The notes beneath the pieces are model-generated. The model was not told the origin of the DNA and searched no databases. It saw only the letters and a program-made list of their open reading frames with translations. Shown piece after piece: positions 8,633 through 12,221 of a stretch of 12,221 nucleotides of DNA. The stretch covers positions 1-12,221 of the forward strand of contig NW_021826680.1 of assembly GCF_006345805.1 (NCBI RefSeq), given 5' to 3'. Numbering within the stretch: position 1 is the stretch's first letter; the number at the start of each line of letters is the position of its first letter. The translations under genes and the position numbers were made by a program. The stretch comes from Octopus sinensis (Eukaryota).

Positions 8633-8736
8633 TGTAATTAGATGCGTTTTATATACCACCAAATACCACGGGATTTTGAAATGTGAAGTTTTAGTTAATC
8701 TTGGTATTTATCGCGCGTTATTAAATTCTATATTGA

Positions 8737-8953
8737 CTGTGAGCCTGGCATAATCGTTAGCTTGCCGGACAGAATGCTTAGGGGGATCTCGTCCGTCTTT
8801 AATGTATTAATTCAAATTCCGTCGAGGCCGACTTTGTCATTCGTTCTTTCGGGGTCGATAAAAGGAATACCAATTGTACACTGGGGTCGATATAATTAAC
8901 TCACATCCACACCCAAAACTGCTGGTATCGAATCCAAATTTGATAACCTTATT
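8737..8953 (+). mobile_element. SINE family B-related, old copy
   Basis: gagcctggcataatcgttagc, ttcaaattccgtcgaggccgactttg, tctttcggggtcgataaa and cactggggtcgat match 2714-2880. Confidence 0.8.
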
Positions 8954-9472
8954 AAACTTTGCATAAATTGCAAAATCTTCAAATTTTGGATCAAGCTCAC
9001 CCACCCTAACATTACCTTTGTGAGTCAGATCAACCACAGATTAGGAACCGTGGGTATAAATAATAGAAAACTGTTTCGTTCTTAAAATTTCAAAACGGTA
9101 ACATTGTATTTGTTGTTCGGCACCGACAATACGTTAATTCATCGGAAGGTACTTTTCTATGCAATTTTTCTCTACTTAATTTCTCTCACAATCTTGGCTC
9201 GATCGAAGACTATAGAATGGTAGGGAAGCAGACATCAGTTGAATCTAAATGAAAATGAATGTATTCAAATAATCATTAGAGAATAATTAATTCACAAATA
9301 ATTATTCAAATTCTATCCGTATATATTTGGTATCGTTCTGAATTTAAGCTCCGTGGTCACTGACTATTGGTACATATGGATATGACACGGCAATAATAAT
9401 CATATATATCTCGTTTGTTTTCTTAGCATATTGCTAACTCATATATATATATATTTCAATCTATATTTCAAT

Positions 9473-9678
9473 ATGTGACCGCGTGTGTATCGTTGGCGAT
9501 TTTTTTTCCTCCGTCTTCCCTTCCTTGGATCTTCCCTTTTTCTATGTTTCTGATGAAGAGCTCCGCTCGAAACGTTAAATCGTCCTTCTTTCTCTCCTTT
9601 CCTGAGCATCCAATAACACTATACTTGTTTCACGTCCTCGCGTTGTGTTTTCTCTTCGCATTTTCATGTTTGGATAAC

Positions 9679-9680
<2 letters not shown>
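9473..9680 (+). mobile_element. Penelope-like element terminal-repeat fragment (solo, non-coding)
   Basis: Contains CTGATGAAG...CGAAACGT, the hammerhead-bearing signature typical of Penelope-like terminal repeats. Pyrimidine-rich and bounded by TA tracts. No RT or GIY-YIG ORF is adjacent. Confidence 0.5.
9546..9580 (+). ncRNA. Minimal type I hammerhead ribozyme-like motif
   Basis: Helix I GUUU(9546-49)/AAAU(9577-80); core CUGAUGA 9550-56; one extra A; helix II GAGC-UCC-GCUC 9558-68; GAAA 9569-72; palindromic ACGU in place of helix III; putative cleavage after GUU at 9576. Confidence 0.55.
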
Positions 9681-9710
<30 letters not shown>

Positions 9711-9730
9711 ATATCTATATATATATATGA

Positions 9731-10014
9731 CTCTACTCTCTGGAGAGAAAGTGGGAGAGGTATGCAGTAATATACACCTGGAAGAACTGGAATATCCTGG
9801 AAGGAATTGTCTCAATGCCAGAACGAGACGACACTGCATAGTGCTAAAGATGCCAGCAACGCCATCGCGCTTCAGGATCAGTTACTGCAACAGCCTGGGT
9901 TTCAAGGGCCCACAGCTTTTTAAAATTCTCCCAAAGAGGAGGCTCTCAGTAATAACAGTGTAGCAAAACGGCGGTGCACCAGCATGGCCGCAGCTATGAG
10001 CTGAAACTACAGAT

Positions 10015-10016
<2 letters not shown>
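9731..10016 (+). mobile_element. 5'-truncated CR1/L2-group LINE, ORF C-terminus plus 3' UTR, frameshifted
   Basis: The frame from 9731 reads LYSLERKWERYAVIYTWK(NWN)ILEGIV. After a frameshift it reads NARTRRHC...CNSLGFKGPQLFKILPK. These match the SLERRR..D/Y...YKI and (W/F)NxLP C-terminal motifs of CR1/L2 reverse transcriptases. Confidence 0.8.

Positions 10017-10053
<37 letters not shown>
10016..10053. repeat. (TA)n microsatellite
   Basis: Perfect run directly after the LINE tail. Confidence 0.95.
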
Positions 10054-10057
<4 letters not shown>

Positions 10058-10939
10058 TAGAAAAGAAAACAACATTTATCAATTCAATAATGAAAAAATT
10101 AAATTGTACCATTTAGAAAATTTCCATCTTATAGAATGATTAAATATAAGATAAAACACATACCAATGATTAAGTAATGTGCAAAATAAGTTTGGAATAA
10201 TATTCCCTCATATCATATATAGTATGTACATATATATATATGTAACGGGAAAAATTTCAATTGGAAATAAATTGAAACTGATACGGTTTAATCATGACAG
10301 AATCACAAGGCAACTGGGCAACAGACTACGCTTAGACAAAGAAATAGATGCCATAGCTCCGAGGATCTTCGGACAAAATCATATGGATAGCTATAATTAG
10401 AAAGATCGTCAGATTAATTGAAAGAAGAAAAAAACAATTAATTTTATAACATAAGTCGGCACATAACAGTTAGTATACTTGTAGCTTATAACTCGCAGTA
10501 CACTACGATTAAATCTACACTTAAAGTACATATAACATTAAGATTTAGTGCATTGATCATTATATATATAATATGTATGTATGTATGTATGTGTGTGTTT
10601 TATTAAACTCTGCTTTAAATTTTCCTCCGCTGACTTACGATCGATAAAGCTGGACAAATGACTTACATAAAAGAAGCGAATGCGAAAGTGTCACTCTACG
10701 ATGAGATCAGATAATCTTAAATACCCGGGTATATTCGAGGAGAACGGTGTTTGTGAAGCAAGAATCATTCGCCTCATTAATAAATAACATAGGAATGTAA
10801 CAAACCGTCACTAATTGAATGTGACAAATTTATTCTTTAGCCTTTAAGGATTTTGGATTAATAAGGCTTGGATCAGTAAATCTCATTATATCTCTTTATC
10901 ACGAGTGTAGTAATACTACATCTCCCGCTTTAAAGATTC

Positions 10940-11009
10940 GTGTGTGTATGTACATATGCATATAGATGTGTGTGTGGGTGTATTCATATCTGTATATATA
11001 TATATAATA

Positions 11010-11069
<60 letters not shown>

Positions 11070-11165
11070 GTACATAAACATGTATATATATTATATATAT
11101 ATATATATATAATAATCTCTCTTTCTCTCTCTCTCCTCTCTCTCTCTCTCTATATATATATATAT

Positions 11166-11203
<38 letters not shown>

Positions 11204-11211
11204 ATATTATA
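10940..11211. repeat. Compound (TG)/(TA)n/(CT)n microsatellite
   Basis: Direct reading of the sequence. The CT block lies at about 11116-11150. Confidence 0.95.
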
Positions 11212-12221
11212 ATCAGGTTGAGTAAAAAGTAAGCAACGTTTTGAAACATGAAATTCATCACAATATATTTCAACAACGCGGAAATTTTATTCATCAAAGT
11301 ACCATGACAATCAACAGATTTTTGCCAACGAGTTACAAGTTTGTTTATTCCGGTAACATAAAAATCTGGAGTTCTGGAGCTGATGGACTCTTTGAACGCA
11401 CTTTCGGCATCGGTTTGATTTTCGAACCCTTCTCCTTCGCAGGAAGCGATCAAGGTGCTTGAAAAAGTGCTGGTCGGTAGGAAAAAGGGTCTGGGGAATA
11501 AGCTGGTTGGAGAAGAACTTCGTAGCCAAGTTCCCCCAACTATTGGAGCGTCATTAATGAAACGTGTGGTCGAGCATTGTCATGCAGGATGTTTTGCCCA
11601 CTTCTATTGACCAGTCTGAGACGGATGTGTAGCAGTTTTTCGTTCACTTTGGCAATTTTATGGCAATATGTTTCTGCAGTGATTGTTTTCGCGGGTTTCA
11701 AGAAATTATAGTAGATAACCCTAGCAGTACACCTCCAGACAATCACCATAACCATTTTGAAGAGTTCGGGTTTAGGAAACTTTTCGGTGCTTCATTTTGG
11801 TTCACCCACTGCAAAGAACGTGTTTTATTATTGTACAGAATCCACTTTTCAGTGCAGTTTACAATGCGGTCGAGAAATGGATCGGCTTGGTTAAAAAGAA
11901 GAAGCGAAAAGCAAATTTCTTATCTGCACATTTTCTGATTTTCATTCAAATCGTGTGGTACCCATTTGTCGAGCTCTTTTGATTTTCCTATTGCACTTAT
12001 ATGGTTGCAGGCAGTTTTTTGGCTAACTTAAAGTTCTTTTGCCAGTTCTCAAATGGTTTTATGCGGATCTTTCTCACTGACGGTCTTTAATTGACCGTCA
12101 TCGGAGACAGATGGGCGTCCACTACGCTCACGATCTTCAAGGCTCGGGTCCCCACTGAGAAATCTTTTAAACTATTTCCGAGCTGACCACTCATTGGTCA
12201 TTTCTCACCATACGTTTCGAT
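11212..12221 (-). mobile_element. Mariner (Tc1/mariner, DD34D) transposon, 3' part; continues beyond the window
   Basis: TIR-like atcaggttgagtaaaaagtaagcaacgtttt (about 11212-11242) next to TA sequence, resembling the Hsmar1/cecropia-type TIR as recalled. Transposase remnants lie inside. Confidence 0.92.
11287..12221 (-). pseudogene. Mariner transposase pseudogene
   Basis: Motifs SGRP, KWVPHDL (about 11947-11967), NCTEKW (first catalytic D lost), HDNARPH (11564-11584), YSPD/LFPTD with 34 residues between D2 and D3, and FFKHLD. Several stops and frameshifts. Confidence 0.92.

Noticed and set aside
9475-9963. 162-aa ORF
   Set aside because: Chance fusion of the Penelope-like repeat, a TA tract and one frame of the LINE remnant.
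10270-10310. Possible second, decayed hammerhead
   Set aside because: The CUGANGA and GAAA core cannot be found on either strand.
1-12221. CRISPR array or prokaryotic operon
   Set aside because: No regularly spaced repeats with unique spacers; the content is eukaryotic repeat DNA.

Overview
Eukaryotic, repeat-dominated non-coding DNA, most likely intronic or intergenic sequence from an octopod cephalopod. The species call is inferred from remembered SINE family sequences and the very high microsatellite density; it was not checked against a database. There is no intact protein-coding gene. Nearly all ORFs in the track are read-throughs of (CA)n, (TA)n, (CT)n or (GAT)n tracts. Real coding remnants are a multiply broken DD34D mariner transposase (minus strand, from about 11287 to the window end, with one terminal inverted repeat) and the C-terminal end of a CR1/L2-group LINE ORF (9731-9940). 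At least four tRNA-type SINE families occur, labelled A-D here, with about 11 copies or fragments; one has a 16-bp target-site duplication. The most notable observations are: (1) a minimal hammerhead ribozyme motif in a Penelope-like repeat at 9546-9580; (2) a 148-bp foldback element at 1612-1759; (3) a 3' tail with a covarying stem-loop shared by the LINE and two SINE families; (4) candidate minus-strand exons at 5822-5867 and 737-837; (5) a chimeric SINE A-head/SINE B element; (6) tandem units built from a unique core plus a microsatellite.
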